A DNA stretch of 64,000 bases. Source: Octopus vulgaris (lineage: Eukaryota). Positions 28,059-40,539 of the stretch are shown here, piece by piece. A program made the position numbers and the translations under genes. The notes below the pieces were generated by a model. It was not told the DNA's origin. It saw only the letters and a list, made by a program, of their open reading frames with translations, and made no database searches. Numbering within the stretch: the first letter of the stretch is position 1; every line of letters begins with the position of its first letter. The stretch covers positions 95,790,001 to 95,854,000 of the forward strand of contig OX597820.1 in the NCBI GenBank assembly GCA_951406725.2, written 5' to 3'.

Positions 28059-28748
28059 TATTTATATTGCAAGTAAAGACATTGTTTATTTTTAATATGC
28101 ATTTAATTCCGAAACTTGAATTTATATCCTAACATTCTTTACCTGACAGCATCCTGTTATTTAATATTAATAAATCAAGATGTGTTGGTCTGTGGAATGA
28201 TAAATCTAAAACTAAGAACTTATAAAGCAAGTTCACAATTTTGTGATATTCTACACGTAAGAATTATATGACAATGGCATATAAACTGCATTTTAACATG
28301 AAAATCAAAAGGAGAAATATGTCTGAAATTTACAAATGTAATAAAATAGACAAATTATATAAGAACTAATTAGTTCACATTAAACAATATTTCATCTTAG
28401 TTGAATTACAATTATATTCACTATAAATCACACCTTTGTAACGGAAGAGTATATTTGACAGAATTCACTTCACAGTATATCGGTTAATTATTTTTTATCG
28501 ATCCCAAAAGAATCAAAAGCGAAACCAAAGCTGTTAAGATCTGAAATTAGAAAATCCTTGTTACACGGTGGAGCATATCTATATATACTCACATGTTTTT
28601 TTTTTGTACTCAATATCACTAGAATATACTTAGACTTTTTACGTTCTGAGTTAAAATACTACCGAGGTCGACTTTATATTTCACCTTTTCAGGATAGGTA
28701 AAATAAAGTACAAATTGAACACCGAAATCGACGTAATCGACAGCCTGT

Positions 28749-28789
<41 letters not shown>

Positions 28790-28861
28790 TGTGTATGTGT
28801 GTGTGTGTGTGTGTGCGTGAGCGCGTGCGTGTGAGTGCGTATGTATGTATATATATACATA

Positions 28862-29713
28862 CGTGGTCTGATTAATAAGTATCCGGACTGTTACAGTTCT
28901 AAAACACGCAGAATGAAGCCACTTGGCACATATTGACCTTGCACTTTGTTGTGCATGCGCTGTAAGGCTTAACGTTCTGGCTCACTTCCGTTGTTTACAG
29001 CAGTGCGTGGAAGGAAAGGAAGGTGTGTAGCGTGTGATAATTGCATTGAACATGACAGAGTGTTGAGCAGAGAATCTGCATCAAATTTTGCCAAAAGCTT
29101 GGCGATACCAACTCAGAGGCCTACGCAAAGTTTTCAAAACGTTTTCATCGTTCTCGACACAATCAAGGAGATCTAATGCAACTGAAACCCGAATCTCTTC
29201 TTGGTCAATTGAATTCAGTTTGGGCACAAAGTTGGCAGTCACGCATCTCATACCCAAATCTTCAGTGATAATGGACTGAGGTGAACTTTAACTAATCTGC
29301 ACATTCTCTGATAACTCATGGATGGTGATTCGACGATTTACCCTCACAGCTGCACGCACATCTGCGATGCTTTTCACATACCTGCTAGTTGCGGCCTCAA
29401 TATCGACATTTTCGGCCATCTTAGAAACATCTGAACTACTCGTACACTTGTGTGTGGCTCATACACTCCTCTACATACACGTTCTGCAACTTTGCGTAGG
29501 CCATTGAGCAGGTATCAATGCAACGATCATTCGCAACACACCTTCCTTCCAAGCACTGCTGTCAACAGCGAAAAGGAGGTAGGACGTAGAACGTGAAACT
29601 TTAGAACGCATGCACAGCAGAATTCAAGGTCAATCTGTGGCAAACGACTTTACTCTGCGTGCTTTAGCTTTGTTACTATGGTAAGAGTCCGGATACTTAT
29701 TGATTGGACCTCG
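28862..29713. mobile_element. Non-autonomous mariner built from two inverted 5' ends, TA TSD
   Basis: TA|CGTGGTCTGATTAATAAGTATCCGGACT ... AGTCCGGATACTTATTGATTGGACCTCG|TA; the left part encodes EQRICIKFCQKLGDT on +, the right part DTCSMAYAKLQNVY..CMSHTQVYE on -. Confidence 0.8.
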
Positions 29714-29726
29714 TACTCAGACATAT

Positions 29727-29768
<42 letters not shown>

Positions 29769-30935
29769 GCACGCACACATATATATATATATATACATAC
29801 ATACATAATACATACATACATTGTGTATATATGTATGTATATTTACTGACTAGAACCCTTGAAACTTTCGCAGCGAAATCGTGTGAGTAAACAAGTCGCA
29901 GCTGATGCGACAAAAATTTTGACACAAACGTTTAAGTGAAGTAGTTTGTGTATGTCTTCGAAAGGCTAAGCATTTTGCCTGGGGTGCTAACGGTTCTGCC
30001 AGATAACTGGTAGCCGTAATTGAGGACGTCTGTTCTAGATTTTGCAAACAGATTTTCAGCACGAAAGCGTTTGGTTTCGATGTGAACTTTTTCCCTATAC
30101 AACCATATTCAGTAGGGAAATAAGTGATGTAAAATGAGTAAATTTAATTCTTTAATTAAGAATCGAAAGTAAACAGTGGAAAACATAAGGCGAATCTGAC
30201 CACTTATTTAGACGAATGTTCTGTAAGTATATTGTATTCTGGCATAAGTACCCAAACTTTCACCACTTATAGTACAAAATTACTGAGGGTTAGCAAACAA
30301 CACATTCATGCTTTTCCACCTGAATAAAACAATTAATATAAAATTAAAATATGGAAAAAAAAAAGGCATCGGAGGGGCGATGCACACTCTGCGTCTGCAT
30401 CTGTAGGTAAATTATTTCGCAAATTATAATATGGCTTACCCATGCATTTTAATTGAATTCTGTGTTTCATTAAAGAGAATTAGAAGACTAAAAAGATGAC
30501 AGCTAAAAGTAAACATGATAAAATATTCAACGACTTCCAAAGATGGCAGGCGAATCAAACGCACTGTTGCTCGTTATTGGCTATAAATAATATAACAACA
30601 AGCTTATCGAGTTCTATTAAAAAAAAAAACAATTATTTCAATTTTTTTTAAGTATCACCATTACTGGTATTTATACTCCGGTGAAATTTAAAGACCAGCT
30701 CTAAAATAAACGAAATCCTCGAATCCACCACTGTACACACACATACACAGTCGGATATCTGTGTATGTATGTATGTATGTATGTATGTATGTATGTGTGT
30801 GCGTATGCATGTATGTACCTACAGCTGTCTAGGTGATTAGGTACACCATGATCTATACACACGCAGACGTGGGTCAATATATATATATATCGGTGTGTTG
30901 GTGAGGCAATTCGTTGCTAAACCCTTAATTACTTA

Positions 30936-30975
<40 letters not shown>

Positions 30976-31040
30976 GATTTATATATATATACGATTTATA
31001 TATATATATACGATATATATATATATATACGATATATATA

Positions 31041-31086
<46 letters not shown>

Positions 31087-31100
31087 GATATATATATATA

Positions 31101-31352
31101 TGTATGCGATTTAGACCTTTTTTTTCAGAAGTATCATATTTATATTGCAAGTAAAGACATTGTTTATTTCTAATATGCATTTAATTCAGAAACTTGAATT
31201 TATATCCTAACATTCTTTATCTGACAGCATCCTGTTATTTAATATTAATAAATCAAGATGTGTTGGTCTGTGGAATGATAAATCTAAAACTAAGAACTTA
31301 TAAAGCAAGTTCACAATTTTATGATATTCTATACTTAAGAATGATATGACAA
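31101..31352. repeat. Duplicate of 27655-28275 lacking the SINE
   Basis: TGTATGCGATTTAGACC...GCAAGTAAAGACATTG...GTTCACAATTTT is nearly identical in both copies. Confidence 0.9.
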
Positions 31353-31463
31353 TTTTAAAATGAGAATCAAAACGGTAAGATAACAGAAGAAAGAAAGAGA
31401 CCTCAATATTATGTAAATAGAGGAAATTTATCTGTAAAATAATATGTGACAATTATTCGGTAG

Positions 31464-31531
31464 CCAAGATAAAACTCTGAGTTTCGGATGCCGAGGTGGA
31501 AACCCACAACACCATCTCTTCGGTTATCTGG
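31464..31531 (-). ncRNA. Mirror-image hammerhead variant on the opposite strand
   Basis: Left arm of the same palindrome; the distal stem II is GTGG-gttt-CCAC here versus GTAG-actt-CTAC in the right arm. Confidence 0.65.
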
Positions 31532-31537
31532 AGATGG

Positions 31538-31605
31538 CCAGATAACCGAAGAGATGGTGTTGTAGACTTCTACCTCGGCATCCGAAACTCAGAGTTTTAT
31601 CTTGG
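31538..31605 (+). ncRNA. Minimal type-I hammerhead ribozyme variant (U4C core)
   Basis: GATAA-CCGAAGA-GATG...CATC-C-GAAA-CTC-A-GAG-TT/TTATC: stem I GATAA/TTATC, quasi-palindromic stem III, GUU site at 31594-31596. Confidence 0.65.
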
Positions 31606-31636
31606 CTACCGAATAATTGTCGCATATTATTTTACA

Positions 31637-31690
<54 letters not shown>

Positions 31691-31840
31691 CGTATATACA
31701 CGCAGGTATGAGTTAGAGCATACACCTCATCACAGACTTAACGAACTGTGAACCCCAATATAATGTAAGACACTCAGATCTTTGATCGCTTTTCCGATGT
31801 AACCACTGATTTTCACTCTTCTCTCTACCTCTGACCTCTT

Positions 31841-31926
31841 CGGTCTGACAATGTCTACCATTAGCAACGAGGCAAAAATATAACATATATTTTCCCCACC
31901 GTGGTAAACAGAAACGATCGTAAACA
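31841..31926 (+). ncRNA. Degenerate minimal hammerhead
   Basis: CTGACAA-TGTCTACCA...TGGTAAACA-GAAA-C-GATC-GTA; 9-bp stem II with one mismatch, palindromic ACGATCGT stem III, G8 mutated to A. Confidence 0.55.
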
Positions 31927-32012
31927 ACTTCACTCTCCCTCTCACCTTTATTAATAGTTAAATAATGGCTCACTAGCGCGACAAACACTTGTTTGTCCTC
32001 CATTTTCTTCTC

Positions 32013-32078
<66 letters not shown>

Positions 32079-32111
32079 CAGATATAATTTCCGGAGACAT
32101 GAGGAAAGCTG

Positions 32112-32168
32112 TTGATCACACAGCTGTTCATTTCACAACCGTTGTGAAATGAACCGTTGTGTGATCAA
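32112..32168. repeat. Short palindrome, 28-bp arms with a 1-nt loop
   Basis: TTGATCACACAGCTGTTCATTTCACAAC-C-GTTGTGAAATGAACCGTTGTGTGATCAA, 2 mismatches, 40 bp from (TA)n. Confidence 0.85.
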
Positions 32169-32607
32169 TCTGCATTGTTATGGATGGATTCACCTTCTCT
32201 GAGAAGTTAACAGTCTTTTTAAAAGCTTTTTATAAAACTGTGCATCATTGGAAAGCAATTTGAGTCTGCTTATAATTTGACTTTAAATTTCATAGAACTC
32301 ACTCCTAATACTTCATGAGGATAGACACACTCTCTAGGATGTCTGGAAAACATATATATGTGATTTAGCTGATGAATACTGGACATTTGTATTTGCTGCA
32401 ATACTTGCAGCTTTAAATAAAATTGTTCTTGGTATGAAACAATTGTACTAAACTACTAATCCATTCTTGTTGCTTTTTTCTTGGTTATAATCACCCCACA
32501 TTATTTTATGGTTAATACCAAAAACAATTCTGGTGCATCTAAGTTAAGTGCCATATTCATTTGAATTCATTGGAATTCACTTGAATCTTAATTGTTTTTG
32601 GCTGAAA

Positions 32608-32645
<38 letters not shown>

Positions 32646-32759
32646 CATTTAAGATCTATGTGATCTTCCTCTAGCATATGGTTATCCACCTAGTGGTTTT
32701 TAGCCCTAAATATACACATATATATATATATATATATCTGTATGTATGTGTGTGTGTAT

Positions 32760-32850
<91 letters not shown>

Positions 32851-33049
32851 GTACTGTTCCGTGATGGTAAAGTCAACAAAAAGAATTCTATCTGGTGAGA
32901 GATAAATAGTATTTGATAGACATGTTTTCATGGGCTAGTAAAAGATTTTTTATATCTGAGAACATTTTTTATATCAAACGATGCATACAAAACGATGCAT
33001 ACATAAATTCTTTCGCAAAACTCTGCACAGTCAAAAATATGCACAGTCA

Positions 33050-33265
33050 GAATATTTTGATTCACCCGTCCGCCAGTTTTGAAGATAATCAAACCAAAAT
33101 TTAATAAGTTCGAGCCATTTATCTAATAAATATTACTGCCAAATTCGGTGAAAAATCCATCCAGGCGTTTTCCAATAATTGTGCAAGCACTAAGACAAAC
33201 AGACAAACAATGACGAACGACTATAATACCCTGCATTCGCTCACGCATGCAGGGTAATAAAAATA
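33050..33265 (+). mobile_element. Helentron-associated (HINE/DINE-like) non-autonomous element, 3' end
   Basis: CCAAATTCGGTGAAAAATCCATCCAGGCGTT core, GACA/AACA microsatellite, then the hairpin TACCCTGCAT..ATGCAGGGTA (33227-33256) and an A-rich tail. Confidence 0.55.
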
Positions 33266-35187
33266 AAATACAGTGAACTAAAGGTTAACGGATTCGATAG
33301 GGAGTCGGAACTTAGTCAAGATTAAGAGATTACGTCTTCAGCGAAATGTAAATAATCGCTCAGACGCAAAACCAGTTTAGCAACAAGGTAGATCAATTTG
33401 AAGTGGTCAGTTTAGTTGAATACATCGAAACAAGTACTTGACTGGTACTTTATTTTTCGACCCCCCCCCCACCGGAGGGATGAAAATCAGTTAACCTCAG
33501 TGGGACTTGAACTAAAAATGTAAGCTACTAGAATAGATAGTGGGTATTCAAGCCTTCATCAAGTTTGTTGATAGTAAAGCTAGTAAAGCTGAATGCATAC
33601 AACCCAAAATTGAAATCAGATAACAAAGCCTTATACCGCTAGAACTTCCCCTCGTAATCAGGTCTTATTGCTGCTGTAAACTTGTAGCAGTCTCAGAAGG
33701 TTTACGACGCCAGTTGGAAGAAAACTTTCCTAAAGGGTAAACCATTAGAAACATCTGTTAAGGACCATGATAGGTTGACTTATGTGATGTTGCATATAAA
33801 CTGACACTGGAAATATATGTAATGCAAGAAATGCATGTTATTTCATATAATATTACATTTTTGTTAAATTCTATATATTTCGATTTCGGAATAGATTACC
33901 TTGTAACAATTGGAATTTTATATTATCGGGCAATCAGGTTTACTATTTATATCGTTCATAACATCATTAACGGGTACAGTGACTTTCGGTTTTCCTCTAG
34001 AAATCTAATCTTAACCATGTATTCGTCCATGGAAACATGATATAATGAAAATCATTCAAACTGGTATTAATGTTATTAACACGAGGAAAATATAAAATGA
34101 AAGGAGGACGATCGAGACGTTATCAAATTACATATATTAAACTATTTGATCTTGTCGACAATGCCAAAAAGACTAAAGGAATTAAGGAAAAAGAGAGCAG
34201 ATAAATAAATTAGTAAATAAAGGATAGAGAGAGAGACAGAGACAGTGGAGAGAGAGAAAACAGATTGAGAGATATTCAGTAGTATTCTTAAATTGCCGTC
34301 CATTATATCGTCGTGGTTATCAGTGATTCGATTAATTTTTACTTGTTATCTATAACTAGCCTAAAGACTCCAATTACATTTTGGAGACATTGATCATTAG
34401 GAAAATACCGAAAGTTTATAATATGCAGGAAGTAATACATGAAGAATAAAAGGTTAATTGGCAGTTATTTCAAAGTAGATAATCACAAATAGGCAAATCT
34501 TAATTGCTATCCTAAAAGTAAATCTGTCCATATAAAAGCAGTCACGTAGTTCATAATCCTTTCCCACTGCGCAGCATATTGAGCGTCTTGGATTAACAGA
34601 TTGCCCAATAACTCGTGAGTAGAATTTGTTTAACAGCAACTGTGTAGAAGCCTTTCGCAAGAGCTGCAAACGGCTCCTGGTTCAAATTTGGTTGTAGAGT
34701 GTATTCATCTAAAAAGTGGCACGATTCTTTCACCACTCCTTCACATATATATCCACTAATTTTTCCGCATCTGCAGACGTGATGATTTGATTAGCTATAA
34801 GTCTGTTTAACTATCTCCTCTTCCATTTGAGAAATCCATATTTCTTATATCTTCTGAAATGAATTTTGCCTTTAATATAATAGTATATACAGATATATTT
34901 ACCTTTATATATATCCACCTAATTTCGTCGACGAAAGGTCGGATTTCACCTGAAGAAATGACGAAATGGCGCAGTTGCGCATTAACGTGAAATTATGTTA
35001 TACTGCGCAATTATTATGCGTTGTTAAATAAATGACAACGCTATTGAAACGCGTGTAATGATGTTTTGATCTTTCTATACTTTTTTCTTTACCATACACA
35101 CACACACTCACATATATTCATGTATGTATGTATGTATGTATGTATGTAGTATGTATGTAAGTATGTACGTATATATGTAATGTATGT

Positions 35188-35239
<52 letters not shown>

Positions 35240-35250
<11 letters not shown>

Positions 35251-37665
35251 CATGATTGTATTTGTGGTGTTTTACTAGATTAAATCTTTTGTGTCTAGTA
35301 ATTCTGCCGTACAGTGTTTGCTTTTGCCGTGCATGTGTGATTCCGTGTTCCAGTCGTCGAAATTTTGGTTTATCTTTATACAGTGGCTTTTTATGATAAT
35401 TAATAATGAAGTGGAAGCTCCCATTAAGGAAGATAATTGTATATGCAATCATTCAAAATATAGTTCCAGAATTTAAGGACTGGTTTCACCAAGATAGAAA
35501 AAAAACAATAAAGATGCTGGCTACTGTAAATGTTATAATGTTATTTTGATAAATGCCAAATAAAAAAAGTCCATCCTACTGAAATACAAAGTTTCTGTCA
35601 AACATGAGAAATGCTTTGATGTGATTAAATTTAGTGTTAATATTTCTCAATTCAGTGAAAAAGAAATCAGTAGAGAGTGAAAAAACAACCAAATGTGAAT
35701 TGCTTTTTGATGGCTATTGAGTATAACATTTTCTGTGAAAACATTGATAATCTTATGCCGGTAAGGGAATATTTCTGGGATGAAACACCACTGAAATGCT
35801 ATCAAGAAAAATGTATGCATTTTATTCACCTGGGAATAGCCTTTCATGGAAAAACTGATAAAGATTATCTGCAAAACATGTTTTCTTTAATCATTGATGA
35901 ATGTACAGAAATTTCAGTTAACCAAATTCTAGCTACGAATGTAACTTAACTTCGGTTTCAATAAGCATGTTATTGTAGATACTATGTTAGATACTCTAGC
36001 TGTCGTCAAAGGAACGGGTCTTGTTATTTACCTATACTGTCAATTCTACTTGCCATGAAAACAAATATTCGTCTATAAAATATTGAATTTACAAGTAAGA
36101 ATTTTTAACTCCACGATGGGCACCGAAACTGTGTTCCGGTAATTACAGAACGATAATATGCATTTGTCCTTACTTAGCTCTGTGTACTAGCCAAGCTGTC
36201 CATGGTGAATTGCCCAGGCATTTAGAAATCTTTGAAAAATACTAAACTTATTATTTTTCTCACAGCGACTGAAGAAGAAATAGTAGTTATAGGTAGAATT
36301 TAAAATATAGTTAGAAGAATTTAAAACATAAAAAATAAATAGTCCTGGTCCAAACATGCCTAGAAGAGTAAAACTCCAAGCCTTGAATTGCAGGAGGTTG
36401 GTACACAGTGGATGTACGCTTCAACAAAATAATTCATTGGATTAACACAATTTCTGCTTCACTAGAGGATATCCTGTCCCTACTAATGAGGAAATGCAAC
36501 CTACAGGAGGAGCTTACGACACCTGTCAGTATGAAGCTATTGAAAAGAAGCAAAAAGCAAAAGAAAAGAAATTTGATGTTTACCTTATTTATTTCCGAAG
36601 TGAATCCACCGATGATGAATTTAGGGAATGTTGAATTGTAGTTTGAGCATGTCAGTTTACATAATCTGCATTTAATATCCTTAGAATATAAACAACAGGT
36701 TGACGACTTAAAGGCGAATGTTTGAAAATCTTGGTAAACGATATCGACCCAAGTGAATTATTGAAGAATCTTAAATTCCCCAAAATTGATCCACGCATTG
36801 GAAGTAATTACAAAAATATTAAAGCTGTTTACTTTGTAGAAAAGGCAAGACCATATTTAATTACTAAACATTTAATGAAAATTTAAAACTGTTTGAAATT
36901 CCTTAATGTTTACTTTCATTGAAGATGGGATTTTTAAAAATTTAATTTATTAAACTGAAAATAACATAGGATTCTACGCATCTCATTCTTCCAGCTGTTC
37001 ACTTGCATTAGACCTACACCTATTATTCTACTAGCTGTTCATTTTCCATTCATTGTCAGAAAGCTGTCTAAACGTTCAATAGACAAGTTATTGTTTAACA
37101 GCAGATAATTTCCTTATCTCTACTGAATTTCCTTATCTCTACTGAATTTCCTTATCTCTATTCCTGAATACAAATTAAAAGACAAATTCTGAATTCAAAA
37201 TATTTTGTTATTCAGTTATTAGTCCGATTTAATAATCTTGCCATATTTGTCAATGTACGTTGAAAGGATAAGCTCTGTAATAAACTGTGCCAAAATGAGA
37301 AATAATTATTTGTCAAAAGCAGAGCATATGAAAGAGATTAATTGCAAAGCAATTTATTACTAGAAATATTGTGGGAAACACTACGTAGAAGACCAAGAAA
37401 TAATTAGTGAAGGTGATTAAGAAAGGCTGTGTAAGCAAAATGTACTACGGAAAGAATAAAAGGAGTAGACAGAAAATAACGAATTGCTTACTGCTTTAAA
37501 TGGAACTGACGAAGAAAAAGTGAAGAAGAAGGAGGAGGAGCAATTATTATGTTCTACATATAAAGTAAATAAAATATCGTTGTATTTCTATTTTAACACA
37601 ATATTGGTTTTTCTTTCGTGTCTAGTAGATCTGAGAGTTTTATGAAAATCTCACTGGCGGCTCTG
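35240..37665 (+). mobile_element. Decayed hAT-like transposon
   Basis: FSLIIDECTEISVNQ (hAT first catalytic Asp motif, FSLxxDESTDIS) in ORF 35677-35949; BED-finger-like remnant upstream; CTGGCGGCTCTG-type right end near 37665; left end unclear. Confidence 0.6.
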
Positions 37666-38489
37666 ATATAGATTTCCCACTATACGTACATCAGCTGAAA
37701 TAGCTTGGATATCTTGTTCGCATGTCCGATTTTCATTATCTCCATAGGTTCCTCTACGACTAAGTACACCATGAACAAAGTTTGGATAGTATAACAAAGA
37801 AGCAATTCAAGGATCACTCGGAGGTGATTTCAATGACAAGGGATACAACTTAACACCAAAATGGGGAGAAAGTGACGTGCAGGCAGAATTAGAGTGGACC
37901 TCTTCAAGCAAATAATTACTTATCCTATCTGTGAAAGACGTTGTACAGCAAAGAAATAATGTATAATCTAGAATTAGGACATAGCCATCAAAAAATCAAC
38001 ACCTAAAGAAGAAGGCTACTATCGGGTTTGATAAATAATTATATCCACATCGTCTGCAGTTGTATAAAGTGGTGAATATGGAGGAGAAAAGTTAAAATAG
38101 CTTATTTACGAACGAAGAGTTTTTAAATATTGGACTAGCATCGAGTGATATAGATTTTTCTTGTTCTCGTCATAACCAGTGTAGCATTGACTTGGCGCCT
38201 TAGAAACCTGTAACCAAGATCGCTATTGTTCATCAATTATGATATAAAATAATCCTGTTTATTATCGGCACAATACCTGAAATTTATGGGGAGGGAGTTA
38301 GACGATTTCCTCGGCCCCAGTGCTCATATGGTACTTATTTTATCAATCCCCGAAAAGAGGAAAGGTAAAGTCGACCTCGGCAGAATGTGAACTCGGAACG
38401 TAAAGCGGGAAGAAATGCCACGAAACATTTTTCTCGGCGTGCTAAAGATTCTGACAGCTAACTGGGAGCTGTCTTTACGATATAAAATA

Positions 38490-40490
38490 ATTGTAATAAT
38501 AATAATCGAAACCCTAAAACAACGTGTGCAGGCAAAAACATTAAAGGTGCAACGCTACACCAATCGCATATCGCAGTTCCAACAAAACAGGTTATTCTCA
38601 AATAATCAGAGGGAGTTTTTAAGCTCTTAGGAAATACAAAAGATAATATACCACCTGAAGTGGAAGAAACACGCCAATTTTGGAATAACATCTTGGGGAA
38701 AGAAGTTTCCTACAACCACGGTGCTAAGTGGATTCATTCTGTGAGATCCGAACTCCATCGCCCGAAGGCTCCACGGAAGGATCATGTACGCATAACAACG
38801 GAAGATGTAATTGCACGGATATTAAAACTGCGAAACTGGGAAATGGCAGGACCAGACAGAATTCCAGGCTATTGGCTCAAGTGGGTTAGGTCAACACACT
38901 GCGAATTGCAGTTCCGGAATGGATTGTTGAGGGAAAGACAACATTGTTGTTGAAATATCGGTCTAAGCGCAATGACATTGTCAATTACCGACCTATTACT
39001 TATCTTAACCTCTTATGGAAAGTGTTAACAGACATCCTCGCAAGAAACATATATCCGTTCCTTGCGGAAAACAATCTACTTCCCGTAGAATAAAAGGGAT
39101 GCCGAAAAGGATCCAAGGGTACCAAGGACCACCTTGTGATAGACAAGGTTGCAATGAAGAACTACAAACGGAACCAAAAAACTTGTACATGGCCTGGATA
39201 GACTTTAAAATGGTTTATGACATGTTGCCGCATCCGTGGATTCTGGTAATATTCAACATGTGTGGAATAGCTGACAACGTTTGTGCACTGATTAAGAACA
39301 ACATGCCTAGTTGGAAAACACTTCTCTTCTGTAACAACCAGCACTTAGCCGAGGTAACAATCAAAATAGATATCTTACAGGGAGATTCCTGTTCATCTTT
39401 TTTATTAGTTATAGCCTTGATCCAACTTTCTCTCGTCCCACGCAAAGTCAATGCGCGCTGTGAATTGAGAAATAATGGACCTAATTTCAACCACATTCTC
39501 TTCATGGATGATTTAAAACTGTTCGCAAAAACAGAGCCTGAAAAGAAAAGAATGGTTGAGCCTGTGCAGATGTGCGTTGAAATTCGGTAGCTCGAGGTGC
39601 GGTGTCCACTTTGAAAGGGAGTAGGGATGAGCAGATTGTAGATGCATAGAATTGCCAAACAGAGAGCGAATGGAAGACCCGAATGATGATGGGCATAAAT
39701 ATCTTGGTATCTTGGAACTGGACAATATCTTGCATAGATAAATGAAAGACAAGGTCGTCATATTAGAAGCGTCTTATATTTCAAGCGTCTCAAACTTCTC
39801 TTGAAGCTAAAACTCAACTCGAGGAACCATGTAACTGCCATCAACATATAGTGCATCCATTCTGAAATGGACTTGAGCGGAGATTAACCAACTTGATCGC
39901 ATTAGCCGAAAGACAACGACAATGCATGGTGCCTTCGACCGCAAGGCGAACGTACACAGACTCTACATGAAAAAGTGTAAAGGTGGACGTATGGGAGTGC
40001 ATCAACAGTGACAGACAAATCATGACAGAATATTTGGTAAATAGCAAACAAGGACTTGAGAGTGCTATGACCAATAGCACATGTGAGAGAAGAAACTCTA
40101 CTCCGCATGATATCACATGGTAAGTTCCACCGTGAAACTAACGACCAAGACGCATCATGGTGGTGGCTCAGCAAGGGTGACCTAAGAAAGGCGACTGAAA
40201 GCCAAATCAACGCTACCCAGGATCAGGCATTGAATACCAATCCAGTGAAAATGGATATATATACCACCCAAGTGAAGCAAACCACTGCAGAGTGTGTGAA
40301 GAGGGGCAAATGAGTGACTCATATTGCTAGGGCTTGTGAAAACCTTAAGTAGAATGAGTACAAGGCACGACAAGGTAGCCCAAAACCTTCATTGGCTGCT
40401 ATGCCAGAAGTATGGATACAAGGTAACGGGTGCTTGGTACCAACATACATAGGAAAAGGAAATGGACGAAAAGGGAAAGGCAAAAATCCA
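38490..40490 (+). mobile_element. Dong/R4-clade non-LTR retrotransposon (RT pseudogene)
   Basis: AGPDRIPGYWLK, YRPIT, KNLYMAWIDFKMVYDMLPH, ILQGDS, HILFMDDLKLF, then RHDKVA-like ..LHWLLCQKYG; many frameshifts; starts in a TAA-rich tract. Confidence 0.85.
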
Positions 40491-40539
40491 TTTCGTCCTG
40501 CGTGCTAATGATTCTGTCAGATCGCCGCCTTAATAATAA

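Larger units (their letters stand above)
31433..31636. repeat. Near-perfect palindrome, 99-bp arms with a 6-nt loop
   Basis: 31433-31531 versus 31538-31636, about 5 mismatches, loop AGATGG; the right end runs into (CA)n/(TA)n. Confidence 0.95.

Noticed and set aside
37107-37162. Short tandem duplications (also ~24392-24436 and ~44380-44510)
   Set aside because: Ordinary slippage duplications without further structure.
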